Source: Candidatus Daviesbacteria bacterium
Lineage (GTDB): Bacteria > Patescibacteriota > Microgenomatia > Daviesbacterales > UBA10151
Assembly: GCA_016184225.1 (NCBI GenBank)
Contig: JACPDA010000004.1
Span: 208,372 to 272,371 of the forward strand
DNA: 64,000 bases
Direction of reading: 5' to 3'
A model generated the notes under the pieces. The model did not search any database and had not been told where the DNA came from. It worked only from the letters and a program-made list of their open reading frames with translations. Shown here one piece after another: positions 1-9,216 of the stretch (the stretch's first letter is position 1; every line of letters begins with the position of its first letter). A program made the translations under genes and the position numbers.

Positions 1-96
1 AATCCTTCAAAGCAAGAAAAACAACTCTATGAAGAATTAAAAAATTTATCCTCCCCGCCTGGCGGCGAGGCAAGCAAGAAAAAAGGCTGGTTTTAG
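1..96 (+). CDS. 3' end of a gene entering from the left edge, possibly a DnaJ-family C-terminus
   Basis: Frame 1 open to TAG at 94-96: NPSKQEKQLYEELKNLSSPPGGEASKKKGWF; resembles DnaJ C-terminal tails; fragment only. Confidence 0.4.
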   Translation, partial: NPSKQEKQLYEELKNLSSPPGGEASKKKGWF

Positions 97-161
97 CTCT
101 AGCTTGACTTCAAGTTGGCATAAGAGTTAGAATATGCCTGGTTAATATTCAAGAGGACCTG

Positions 162-185
162 AAGGTGGGCTAGTCCCACCTTTTT
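162..185 (+). promoter_or_regulatory. rimP/nusA-leader-like attenuator hairpin
   Basis: AAGGTGGG-CTAGT-CCCACCTTTTT upstream of nusA resembles the GTGGG..CCCAC-U-tract rimP leader; TTGACT and TAGAAT promoter-like boxes lie upstream. Confidence 0.65.
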
Positions 186-187
186 AA

Positions 188-258
188 TAGGCAACAGGCA
201 TCAGGTTACAGGCAACAGATAAAAACACTGTAGCCTAAAGCCTGTCGCCTGTAACCTA
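188..258 (+). repeat. Heptad inverted-repeat hairpin (CAGGCAA family) before nusA
   Basis: taggcaa-caggcat-caggtta-caggcaa-cag ... ctgtagc-ctaaagc-ctgtcgc-ctgtaac-cta, ending 6 nt before the ATG. Confidence 0.85.
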
Positions 259-264
259 ACTAAA

Positions 265-1653
265 ATGGCACAAGCACGAACAGAATTTGCAGCTGCTCTA
301 AATCAAATAGCCTCTGAAAAAGGGGTAGAAGTTGAAGTGGTTTTAGATGCCATCAGAGTGGCTGCTTTGGCTGCCTATAAGAAAGATTTGATGCTTAGAA
401 ATGAGCCTGTTCCGGAAGACTTTGAAGAATTTACTTCGGCAGTTGATCCTGCTTCTGGTGAAATTTCCATTTTCCATGGCAAAGATAACGTAACCCCCCC
501 GGGATTTGCCCGCATTGCCGCCTCTATTGCCAAACAGGTCATTATGCAAAGGCTTAATGAGGCGGAAAGAGGAACTATTTTGGCAGAATACGAGGGTAAA
601 GTCGGCACTGTTATTTCAGGCAGCATTCAAAGGCAGGAAGGCAACACCTTTTTTATAGATTTAGGCCGGGCTGAAGGAGTATTGCCCCCATCTGAGCAAG
701 TCCACAGCGAAATGTATCATCAAAACCAGAGACTCAAGTTTTTGGTTAAAGAAATACGGGAAGGCGGCAGAGGGTCTGAGGTGGTGGTTTCCCGGTCTGA
801 TCCAAGTTTAGTGAAAGCGCTGTTTGCCCTGGAAGTGCCGGAAATTCAATCAGGCGCTGTGGAAATTAAAGTAATTGCCCGGGAAGCCGGTTCTAGAACT
901 AAAATTGCCGCTATTTCTACCCAGGATGGGGTTGATCCGGTGGGCAGTTTAGTCGGGCAAAAAGGAGTCAGGGTACAGGCTGTAATTGGTGAACTGAGTG
1001 AGGAAAAAATTGATATTATCAGCTACTCTGAAGATCCGGCCAGGTTTATTGCAGCGGCACTGTCTCCGGCCAAAGATATTCAGGTTAGGTTAAACGAAGA
1101 AGGCAAGATTGCCACAGTAACAGTTCCTCAAAGCCAACTTTCTCTGGCTATTGGTAAAGGCGGGCAAAATGTCAGGTTAGCAGCTAAACTGACCGGCTGG
1201 AAGATTGATATAGAAGGAGCAGAAGAGCCGGAAACTGCTAAAGAAGATGTCATTCTGGGGAGTGAAGCGACTCCAGAATCTGAAAAGAAGGATTCTGGAC
1301 AAGTCCCGATGGAATCGAGGACACTCGACAGAGTCGGTGCCAGAATGACAGAAGATGGCACTGGCGAGAAAAAGGAGGAGCCGACTACTGCTCCGGCCCA
1401 AGCGACACCGGCTGATGATACGAAAGTTGCACAGCCAGAAAAGAAACAGGCAAAAGAAGCGATAGAAAAGGAAGTTTCTGAAGCTGAGGAAAATGCAGCA
1501 ACCACAGAAGACAAAGAAGCAGCAGAAGAAGCAGGAGAGGTTTTAGAAAAAGCAGTTGAGGCAGAAAACCCAGAGCAGGAGAAACAACAATTAGAAGAAG
1601 CAGTTGGAGAGACAAAGGAAGCGAAAACTGAAACAGAAAAAACAAAGGAATAG
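265..1653 (+). CDS. nusA: Transcription termination factor NusA with long acidic tail
   Basis: S1 and KH motifs (AREAGSRTKIA, DPVGSLVGQKGVRVQ, LSLAIGKGGQNVRLAAKLTGWKIDI). Confidence 0.97.
   Translation: MAQARTEFAAALNQIASEKGVEVEVVLDAIRVAALAAYKKDLMLRNEPVPEDFEEFTSAVDPASGEISIFHGKDNVTPPGFARIAASIAKQVIMQRLNEAERGTILAEYEGKVGTVISGSIQRQEGNTFFIDLGRAEGVLPPSEQVHSEMYHQNQRLKFLVKEIREGGRGSEVVVSRSDPSLVKALFALEVPEIQSGAVEIKVIAREAGSRTKIAAISTQDGVDPVGSLVGQKGVRVQAVIGELSEEKIDIISYSEDPARFIAAALSPAKDIQVRLNEEGKIATVTVPQSQLSLAIGKGGQNVRLAAKLTGWKIDIEGAEEPETAKEDVILGSEATPESEKKDSGQVPMESRTLDRVGARMTEDGTGEKKEEPTTAPAQATPADDTKVAQPEKKQAKEAIEKEVSEAEENAATTEDKEAAEEAGEVLEKAVEAENPEQEKQQLEEAVGETKEAKTETEKTKE
1248..1350 (+). repeat. REP-like palindromic element within the nusA reading frame
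   Basis: Terminal inverted repeat TGTCATTCTGG...CCAGAATGACA with nested hairpins; related elements at 15259 and 41073. Confidence 0.8.
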
Positions 1654-1685
1654 TATGGTAACGTTATTAACCATACCAAAAAATT

Positions 1686-3176
1686 ATGGCAGAACAAACA
1701 CGACCACCAATAGTTACAATCCTGGGCCATGTTGATCATGGTAAAACTACCCTACTTGATTTTATCCGTAAATCCTCGGTAGCTACCAAGGAACACGGTG
1801 GAATTACCCAACACATTGGGGCTTACCAAATAGAAGTGCAAAGCGAAAAGGGCAAAGTGCAAAGTGGACTTAACACTCAGCACTCCTCACTTATCACTTT
1901 TATTGATACCCCCGGGCATGCCGCCTTTGAAAAAATGCGCTCCCGCGGCGCGAATGTGGCTGATATTGCTATTTTGGTGGTGGCGGCAGATGACGGGATT
2001 ATGCCGCAGACTATTGAAGCTATTAAACATATCCAGGAGGCTAAAGTATCAATGATTGTGGCAGTTAACAAGATTGATTTGAGTGGAATTGACCAAAATA
2101 TCCAGCTGGCCAAGATCAAAAAGCAATTGTCTGACCAAAAAATCAATCTGGAAGAATACGGCGGGGACGTGCCGCTGCTGCCTCTTTCGGCCAAAACCGG
2201 AGAAGGGGTGGATAAACTTTTGGAGATGATACTTTTAGTCTCAGAGATGCATGAGTTAAAAGGCGACCCGGCACTTCCGCCAGCCGGGGTCATTATTGAA
2301 GCTATGCTGGATAAATTCAAAGGGCCGATTGCCACTATTTTAATCAGGAATGGCACTTTGAAAAAAGGAGATCAAATAGAAGTGGGCGAAATTAAAAGTA
2401 AGGTCCGGGGGATGTTTGATTTTAGTGGTAAACCAGTAGATTCAGCCGGGCCGTCAACTCCGGTGGAGGTGTTAGGTTTGGAAGCAGTGCCGGTTGTGGG
2501 GGCAGTTTTAGGGGAGTTGGCTGAGGTAAAAGAGGCGGAGGTAATACAATCTCTGGTAGAGAAGTTACAACAAGGTGACACTAAAACCCTGAAGGTGATT
2601 ATCAAAGCTGATAAACAAGGGTCGCTAGAGGCAATTCAAACTTCTTTAGAAAAATTTAATGCAGAGCGAAAAGTAGTTGATTATATTTCTACCGGAACAG
2701 GAGATATTGGGGAAGAAAACATTAAACTGGCCGCCTCGGTGGGAGCAATTGTGATTGGATTTAATGTCAAAGTTGCCTCAAATGCCCAAAAAATGGCTGA
2801 GAATGAACATGTGCTGATTAGAACTTACAATATTATTTATGAACTGCTGGAGGATGTAGAGGAAGTGGTCAATACTTTGCTTGAAGTGGGGCAGTTGGAA
2901 GAAGTTTTAGGGAAGGCCAATATTATTGCTGAGTTTCCTCACGGCAAAACCGAGAAAATTGCCGGGTGCCGGATGACAGAAGGGACAATTGCCAAAGGGC
3001 AAAAGATCAGAATTGTGCGGGAGGGAGTGCTGATCGGTGAAACTAAGCTTAAATTTTTGAAAAAGGTGAAAGAGGAAGTTAATAAGGTGGAAAAAGGTAA
3101 TGATTGCGGCATGCTCTTTGACCCGCCGATGGATTTTCAAATTGGAGACACCGTGGAATCATTTAGAGTGATTTGA
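1686..3176 (+). CDS. infB: Translation initiation factor IF-2, short form lacking the N-terminal domain
   Basis: [42 protein letters not shown]. Confidence 0.97.
   Translation: MAEQTRPPIVTILGHVDHGKTTLLDFIRKSSVATKEHGGITQHIGAYQIEVQSEKGKVQSGLNTQHSSLITFIDTPGHAAFEKMRSRGANVADIAILVVAADDGIMPQTIEAIKHIQEAKVSMIVAVNKIDLSGIDQNIQLAKIKKQLSDQKINLEEYGGDVPLLPLSAKTGEGVDKLLEMILLVSEMHELKGDPALPPAGVIIEAMLDKFKGPIATILIRNGTLKKGDQIEVGEIKSKVRGMFDFSGKPVDSAGPSTPVEVLGLEAVPVVGAVLGELAEVKEAEVIQSLVEKLQQGDTKTLKVIIKADKQGSLEAIQTSLEKFNAERKVVDYISTGTGDIGEENIKLAASVGAIVIGFNVKVASNAQKMAENEHVLIRTYNIIYELLEDVEEVVNTLLEVGQLEEVLGKANIIAEFPHGKTEKIAGCRMTEGTIAKGQKIRIVREGVLIGETKLKFLKKVKEEVNKVEKGNDCGMLFDPPMDFQIGDTVESFRVI
1834..1898 (+). repeat. 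Heptad hairpin (AGTGCAA family) in frame in infB
   Basis: agtgcaa-agcgaaa-agggcaa-agtgcaa-agtg/gact-taacact-cagcact-cctcact-tatcact, encoding VQSEKGKVQSGLNTQHSSLIT. Confidence 0.85.
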
Positions 3177-3210
3177 CTTTTTAAGCCTGTAGGATTAGAA
3201 TCTGCTTGTT

Positions 3211-4005
3211 ATGTCAGCTGAAGCACCAAAAGTACAAGATGCAGATGTTAGAAGAGCAGCAAGGTCACGTTTGCAACCGGAAGGGAATTGGATGGGACGG
3301 GCTTATTCACTCAATAGAATTTTTGATGGTCTCAATTCACGTCTTGATAATGGTGATATTGATGGGTTTTTAAGATTAAATAAGTTAGCTGTTCACAGAA
3401 TTACTTCATACTGGCTGCCTATTGCCAAATTTTTTATCATGGCTAAAACACCATGGTACCTTATAGAACCACGTATACTTTATTCCAGTTATTCTTATCG
3501 AGATCGAGATGGTAAGGTGGATCTTTCTTGTATGACTGCTCGTTCAACTGATAGGCAAGCAGGAAGCAAATTTATGAGGCGGGTTATTACAGATGACGGG
3601 TTGCAGGAGGACAACTGTAGAATTAAGACTTGGGTAGAAGAGGGTGGTCAACTTTACAACCCAGAAACTTGGCTTGTGATGGATATAGAACAGAGATGTA
3701 CAATTCCTCCAGACAGCTATGGTTTTTTTATTGGCATTAATAACTACAAAGGAGGGTTATTACAGGAAATAGTTAGAACACCGGGTCTGAAAGGATGGGA
3801 TTTGGTAACAGCATTAGGGATCTTCAGAGGGGAATTATCACCAGAGAAACTAGTAAGAATACCGCCTCCGGTAGAAGGAATTAGGGTGGTGGGAGCTGGT
3901 GTTTATGGCTCTGGCGAACCAAATGAGGTACATCAAAAAGGACTCAGAGATGGTATGTATCTAATACCTAGAGAACAATTTTCCCAATATTTCCCTCCTG
4001 CTTGA
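3211..4005 (+). CDS. Hypothetical protein
   Basis: 264-aa ORF preceded by its own TTGACT-17-TAGAAT promoter; no recognised motif. Confidence 0.7.
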   Translation: MSAEAPKVQDADVRRAARSRLQPEGNWMGRAYSLNRIFDGLNSRLDNGDIDGFLRLNKLAVHRITSYWLPIAKFFIMAKTPWYLIEPRILYSSYSYRDRDGKVDLSCMTARSTDRQAGSKFMRRVITDDGLQEDNCRIKTWVEEGGQLYNPETWLVMDIEQRCTIPPDSYGFFIGINNYKGGLLQEIVRTPGLKGWDLVTALGIFRGELSPEKLVRIPPPVEGIRVVGAGVYGSGEPNEVHQKGLRDGMYLIPREQFSQYFPPA

Positions 4006-4042
4006 AATTATGGGCTAGTGGTGGTAGAATCGCTCTACTTAA

Positions 4043-5053
4043 ATGAAATACGATTCACAGCTTGCGGAACTTAAAAATCTTTTACCTTCTGCTAAAAACA
4101 TTTTAATCGCCATTCCGACCGGTGCTGATGTAGACAAACTGGCAGCCGGGTTGGCTTTATTTTTAGCCTTTGAGGTAGCTGGTAAGCAGGTTAGTATAGT
4201 CTCTGATGATGCGATGCTGGTTTCCCACACCCATCTTTTTGGAGTGGACCATGTTCAAAAAACCCTTCCTTCCACCGATGGTGGAAACTTAACTTTAACT
4301 TTGGAAGGGGTGGCTGCATCTGACGGGACAGTGCCGGCTTTGGAAAAGCTGGATTGGTTTGCGGAAAACAATAATTTAAACCTGGTCTTTCATGTCTTAC
4401 CTAACCAAACATTCCAACCGGCCCGCATAATCCCCCGCTACCAGGGTTCCGGATTTAACTTAATCTTTACGGTGGGGGCAGCTAATTTGAACGCATTGGG
4501 AAGTATTTATTCAGCCAACAGCCAAGCTTTTTCCGGCACCCATATTGTTAATATAGATATTCAGTCTGCTAATACCAGTTTTGGCCAGACTAATGTTTTA
4601 GATGCCCAAGCTTCTTCTTTATCAGAGGTGGTCAGTTTGGTTATTACGGATCTGGGTTTTATTCTAGATTCAGACAGCGCCAGCAATATCCTGGCCGGGA
4701 TTTTTGATGCCACTAATAATTTATTTGATCCTAAAGTGACGGCTGATACTTATGTGGCAGTAGCTAATTGTCTCCGGGTGGGAGGCAAAAAGCCATCCTC
4801 TGTTCAGGCTGCGGAGGTTATGCCGCAAAGTCCGCAGCATGTGATAACTCAAGCTCAACCGGCTTATGACTGGAATGCTGTTTCTGCGGCCATTGGCCAA
4901 AATGTGCCTCCGAAATATACTGTGCCTCCGGTTGTAGTTTCTGACTCCCAACCTTCACCGGAAGAGCGACCGCTTGAAGAAGGTGTAGTTTCCGAGACAG
5001 TTGAACCGGAATGGCTGACCCCCAAAATCTTCAAAGGCACTTCACTAGGATAA
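4043..5053 (+). CDS. DHH-family phosphoesterase-like protein with degenerate motifs
   Basis: NrnA-like pattern (ILIAIP..DVDKLAAGLAL, IVNID, ASSLSEVV, GIFDATNN) and position after infB; canonical DHH residues not evident. Confidence 0.7.
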   Translation: MKYDSQLAELKNLLPSAKNILIAIPTGADVDKLAAGLALFLAFEVAGKQVSIVSDDAMLVSHTHLFGVDHVQKTLPSTDGGNLTLTLEGVAASDGTVPALEKLDWFAENNNLNLVFHVLPNQTFQPARIIPRYQGSGFNLIFTVGAANLNALGSIYSANSQAFSGTHIVNIDIQSANTSFGQTNVLDAQASSLSEVVSLVITDLGFILDSDSASNILAGIFDATNNLFDPKVTADTYVAVANCLRVGGKKPSSVQAAEVMPQSPQHVITQAQPAYDWNAVSAAIGQNVPPKYTVPPVVVSDSQPSPEERPLEEGVVSETVEPEWLTPKIFKGTSLG

Positions 5054-5104
5054 ACAGTTGCATCTTCTTTAATTTTCTGTTACAATACGCCCAAACCAAA
5101 TTTA

Positions 5105-5130
5105 GGACGACTTTGGCATCAAAGTTGTTC
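5105..5130 (+). promoter_or_regulatory. Putative rpsO leader hairpin
   Basis: GGACGACTTTG-GCAT-CAAAGTTGTTCC between a TTGCAT-17-TACAAT promoter and the rpsO start. Confidence 0.45.
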
Positions 5131-5146
5131 CAAAGAAAGGGTTACG

Positions 5147-5416
5147 ATGCCACTTGATCCAAAGATTAAGCAAAAAATTATTAAAGAGTTTGCCACCAAG
5201 TCCGGTGATACAGGTTCCCCTGAAGTGCAGGTGGCACTTTTAACAGAGCAGATCAAAAACTTAAGCGACCATTTAAAAGAACACCCACACGATATTCATT
5301 CCCGCCGCGGACTTTTGTCAATGGTTAACAAGCGCCGCAGGTTGCTTCAGTATTTATTCAAAAAAGAGACTGATAGATATAGTGTGGTTATTGAGAAATT
5401 GGGATTATCCAAGTGA
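5147..5416 (+). CDS. rpsO: 30S ribosomal protein S15
   Basis: [32 protein letters not shown]. Confidence 0.98.
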   Translation: MPLDPKIKQKIIKEFATKSGDTGSPEVQVALLTEQIKNLSDHLKEHPHDIHSRRGLLSMVNKRRRLLQYLFKKETDRYSVVIEKLGLSK

Positions 5417-5475
5417 TTGTGGTATACTAATTAAGTAAGACCCGCCTGCATCGCTATGCGAAGCATTGCGGGCAG

Positions 5476-5590
5476 GGAGATTTGGGGATTGTAAAGAGTT
5501 AGGTAGTCATCAGCTATCAGTCGTCCCGATTGAATCGGGACAGCTGAAGACTGAGAGCTAATTACCTCTTACCCAGTTTCCAAATCCTCC
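5476..5590 (+). promoter_or_regulatory. Long pnp 5' leader stem-loop (putative RNase III site) with nested heptad arms and palindrome
   Basis: GGAGATTTGGGGATTG pairs with CAGTTTCCAAATCCTCC; inside it tcagcta-tcagtcg / cagctga-agactga-gagcta surround TCCCGATTGAATCGGGA. Confidence 0.65.
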
Positions 5591-5596
5591 ATTTTA

Positions 5597-5673
5597 AGAG
5601 TCTAGAATCGAGAATCTAGAGTCAAGGGAAGAAATTAATTTCCCAGACTCTTGACTCTAGCGACTAGTCACTA
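5597..5673 (+). repeat. Heptad hairpin (TAGAGTC family) before pnp
   Basis: agagtc-tagaatc-gagaatc-tagagtc-aag ... gactcttgactctagcgactagtcacta, ending 3 nt before the ATG. Confidence 0.85.
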
Positions 5674-5676
5674 TTT

Positions 5677-8043
5677 ATGCATAAAGTTATTACCAAAGAA
5701 ATCGACCTTAATGGTCGAAAACTAAAATTAGAAACAGGTAAACTGGCTCTGCAAGCAGATGCATCTGTGGTGGTTTCATGGGGAGAAACAGTCATTTTAG
5801 CAACTGTGGCCACGCAACCTTTGGCTGAAGATATTGGTTATTTTCCTCTTTCTGTAGAATATGTGGAAAAACACTATGCCGGCGGCCGAATCTCCTCTTC
5901 CAGGTTTATCAAAAGAGAAACTAAACCGACAGATGAGGCTGTGTTAACCGGTAGGTTAATCGACCGCTCCATTCGTCCCCTTTTCCCCAAAGAGTTTAAA
6001 AATAACGAAGTGCAGGTGATTCTAACGGTTTTATCTGTTGATCAGGCTAATGATCCGGATATTGTCGGTTTAATCGGGGCTTCAACTGCACTGTCTATTT
6101 CATCTGTGCCTTGGGACGGGCCGATTGCCGGAGTGCGGGTAGGAGAAAAAGAAGGGAAACTGATGGTCAACCCCACCATGGAAGAGATGGAGAAATTGAA
6201 TATGGATCTTTTGGTAGCGTGCGGTAGCGAAAAAGTAGTCATGATAGAAACTGCCAGTAAGCAAGTTGACGAAAAAATAGTCTTTGCCGGAATTAAAGAA
6301 GCCCACACCGCAGTAGCGCCAATAATTGTTTTAATAGAGGAATTCGTTAAAGAAGCCGGTAAAGAAAAATTGCCCATTTCCCATTTGGCTGAGGAGATAG
6401 AGGAAGCTTTAATTTCCGAGGTGACAAAAATTACCAAAGAAAGAATTGAAGCAGCGCTTTTTGATAATGAGCATCCCTGGCATGAAGCCACCGGCGAGAG
6501 AATCAAGAAAGAACTGGTTCTTCAGTATGCAGAAACTTTAACCCCCCAAATCATTGCCGGAATTTTTGATAAAGTGGCTAAAGAAATTGTGCATGAGAGT
6601 GTTCTTGAGAAAGGTAAAAGGGTGGATGGCCGGGGCATGGATGAGATCAGGCCGCTTCAGATGGAAGTAGGAATTTTGCCTAGGACACACGGCAGCGCCC
6701 TATTTAACCGCGGGGATACGCAGGTTCTATCTGTCGTTACTTTAGGTGCTCCTTCCTTGAAGCAAACTCTGGACGGCATGGAAGGGGAGAGGGAAAAAAG
6801 GTTTATGCATCACTACAACATGGGTATTAATCCTTTTTCCGTGGGAGAAGTTAAAAGATTAGGTCCGCCCAACAGACGTGATATCGGTCACGGAGCGTTA
6901 GCTGAAAAAGCTATTTCCGCAGTTGTTCCTTCTGAAGAGAGTTTTCCTTATGCCATCAGAGTCGTATCTGAAGTCTTAGCAGCTAATGCTTCTACTTCAA
7001 TGGCTTCTGTTTGTGCTACTACTTTAGCCCTTCTAAATGCCGGAGTTCCACTTTTTGAGCCGGTGGCAGGTATTGCTTTGGGACTATTTTCAAATAAGAA
7101 AAAATTCCAGGTAGTGGCTGACATGAGGGCGGTTGAGGATTTTTATGGTGAGATGGATTTTAAGGTGGCCGGAACTAAAAACGGTATTACCGCTATCCAA
7201 ATGGATACCAAGCTTTCAGGACTCTCTTTTGAAATTATCGAGACTGCTTTGGAGATGGGGAAAAAAGCCAGACTGGAAATTTTGGAAAAGATGGCAACAG
7301 TTATGCCCAATGTCGGCCCTCTTTCACCATATGCTCCCAGAGTGGAAACATTGCATATTAAACCGGAAGAGATCGGGCTTTTGATCGGGCCGGGCGGCAA
7401 GAATATTAATGCCATTATCGGAAGAACCGGGGCCCAAATTGATATTGAAGATGACGGGACAGTGATGGTGTCCGGAACAGATTCCAGTGGGGTAGATAAA
7501 GCCATTGCGGAAATCGAAGGCATGTTTAAAACCGTTAATGTCGGGGATGAGTTCACCGGAAAAGTGGTCAGACTCGTACCTTTCGGGGCTTTTGTGGAGA
7601 TTGCTCCTGGTAAAGACGGATTAGTTCATATTTCCCAAATGGCACCGGGCCATGTGGAGCAGGCAGAAGATGTGGTGTCTGAAGGACAAGAAGTGAAAGT
7701 TCGGGTAACCGATGTTTCACCTGATGGAAAAGTCGGATTATCAATGCTTTTTGGGGCGGATATTAAGCCTGAATCAGAAGGACGTCCTTCTGGTGGAGGC
7801 TTCAGGCCAAGAAGCGGGGGATTTAGGCCAAGACCTTCTTTTGGGGATAGACCCAGATCATCAAGTGGTGGCTATAGATCAGGTGGATTTGGCGGAGAAA
7901 GAAGCAGTGGTCCAAGACGCCCCTTTGGAGACAGACCACGAAGTGGTGGTTTTGACAGAGGTGGATCCGGGAGGTCAGGTGGATTCGACAGAGGCCGTGG
8001 CGGTGGACGAGACCGTGGTGGCCGCGGTGGATTTAACAGATAA
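5677..8043 (+). CDS. pnp: Polyribonucleotide nucleotidyltransferase with RGG-rich tail
   Basis: RLIDRSIRPLFP, RTHGSALFNRG, GEMDFKVAGT, KH and S1 domains. Confidence 0.98.
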   Translation: MHKVITKEIDLNGRKLKLETGKLALQADASVVVSWGETVILATVATQPLAEDIGYFPLSVEYVEKHYAGGRISSSRFIKRETKPTDEAVLTGRLIDRSIRPLFPKEFKNNEVQVILTVLSVDQANDPDIVGLIGASTALSISSVPWDGPIAGVRVGEKEGKLMVNPTMEEMEKLNMDLLVACGSEKVVMIETASKQVDEKIVFAGIKEAHTAVAPIIVLIEEFVKEAGKEKLPISHLAEEIEEALISEVTKITKERIEAALFDNEHPWHEATGERIKKELVLQYAETLTPQIIAGIFDKVAKEIVHESVLEKGKRVDGRGMDEIRPLQMEVGILPRTHGSALFNRGDTQVLSVVTLGAPSLKQTLDGMEGEREKRFMHHYNMGINPFSVGEVKRLGPPNRRDIGHGALAEKAISAVVPSEESFPYAIRVVSEVLAANASTSMASVCATTLALLNAGVPLFEPVAGIALGLFSNKKKFQVVADMRAVEDFYGEMDFKVAGTKNGITAIQMDTKLSGLSFEIIETALEMGKKARLEILEKMATVMPNVGPLSPYAPRVETLHIKPEEIGLLIGPGGKNINAIIGRTGAQIDIEDDGTVMVSGTDSSGVDKAIAEIEGMFKTVNVGDEFTGKVVRLVPFGAFVEIAPGKDGLVHISQMAPGHVEQAEDVVSEGQEVKVRVTDVSPDGKVGLSMLFGADIKPESEGRPSGGGFRPRSGGFRPRPSFGDRPRSSSGGYRSGGFGGERSSGPRRPFGDRPRSGGFDRGGSGRSGGFDRGRGGGRDRGGRGGFNR

Positions 8044-8098
8044 ACTATTGATTATCCTCTTGGGAAATTGTGAGCTATAAGGTAAAATAGGTAGCAGG

Positions 8099-9133
8099 AT
8101 GGATTCTGCCCGGGTCAGTGTTGAACAGTTAAAAATAAAAATTTCTCAAGCGGGTCTTCCCAAAGAAATTGAAGAGAAGCTTCTTAACATTCTGCAATTT
8201 AGTGGTCCGCCAACTGGCGGAGGTGCAGAGCTGGCCAGCTTAATTTCTTATGTGGAATTTGTCCTTGCCCTGCCGTTTAACAAGTATTCCCAGGATATTC
8301 TAGATATCAACCGGACTAAACAAATCCTGGATAAAAACCACTATGGTTTGCAATCAGTTAAAGACCGGATTTTGGAATATTTATCAGTGTTGATTTTACA
8401 CAAACAAAGCGGCCAGGAAAACGACTTTCATGCACCAATACTGGCGTTTATCGGTTTAGTGGGAACCGGTAAAACTTCCCTGGCTTACTCAATAGCAGAA
8501 AGTCTGGGACGGCCACTCATAAGGATTCCCTTTGGCGGCTTGGGAGACCCGGCCAGTTTACGCGGTCAATCCAGGCTTAGACCGGACAGTGAACCAGGGC
8601 AAATCATCAAAGCCATCCAGGCTGCCAAAGTTTCAAGTCCTGTTATACTGTTAGATGAAATAGATAGGGTGGCAGTTGAACATAGGGTGGATATTATGGG
8701 GGTATTGGTAGAGCTTTTAGATCCTGCTCAAAATCAGGCCTTTCTGGATCACTACTTAGATTTCCCATACGACCTATCACAGGTGTTATTTATTGCCACT
8801 GCCAATAATACCGGTAACATTGCCACAGCAGTTTTAGACAGACTTGAGCCAATTGTGATGCCTTCTTACTCAGACGGCGAAAAGCTGGTAATTGGCAGGG
8901 ATTATCTGTTGCCTAAAACTTTGAAAGAATCAGGTGTTGATCCAGGCTCATTGACTATTGATCAGACAACCTGGCCTCAGATTCTGCGGCCTTTAGGCTT
9001 TGATTCAGGAATTAGGTCCCTGTCACGTTCATTACAAACTATTTGCAGAAAAGTGGCCAGGAAAAAAGTGGAAGGAGAAGTCGGGCCATTTAGGATTACA
9101 GGCGAGAACCTAGGAGAGTACTTGGGAGGATGA
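8099..9133 (+). CDS. Lon-like AAA+ ATPase module without N-domain or protease domain
   Basis: LDKNHYGLQSVKDRILEYL, Walker A GLVGTGKT, LLDEID, LLDPAQN..FLDHYLD..DLSQVLFIATAN; ends after the small AAA domain. Confidence 0.85.
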   Translation: MDSARVSVEQLKIKISQAGLPKEIEEKLLNILQFSGPPTGGGAELASLISYVEFVLALPFNKYSQDILDINRTKQILDKNHYGLQSVKDRILEYLSVLILHKQSGQENDFHAPILAFIGLVGTGKTSLAYSIAESLGRPLIRIPFGGLGDPASLRGQSRLRPDSEPGQIIKAIQAAKVSSPVILLDEIDRVAVEHRVDIMGVLVELLDPAQNQAFLDHYLDFPYDLSQVLFIATANNTGNIATAVLDRLEPIVMPSYSDGEKLVIGRDYLLPKTLKESGVDPGSLTIDQTTWPQILRPLGFDSGIRSLSRSLQTICRKVARKKVEGEVGPFRITGENLGEYLGG

Positions 9134-9207
9134 GATAAGGGATATTGGGATATAAAGATATTACGAGAAAAACCACTTAATATCCTAGTATCATAATATC
9201 CTATCTC
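9132..9207 (+). repeat. Octamer-periodic inverted-repeat hairpin before rnj
   Basis: ggatattg-ggatataa-agatatta ... taatatcc-tagtatca-taatatcc-tatctc. Confidence 0.7.
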
Positions 9208-9216
9208 GATTCATTT

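Noticed and set aside
1128-1739. 203-aa minus-strand ORF and the many other ORFs antisense to or nested in core genes
   Set aside because: Shadow frames of conserved genes, with no motifs or independent expression signals.
7790-8040. Repeats at the pnp 3' end as a DNA element
   Set aside because: They are protein-level RGG/FDRG repeats with varied codons, not heptad or palindromic DNA.
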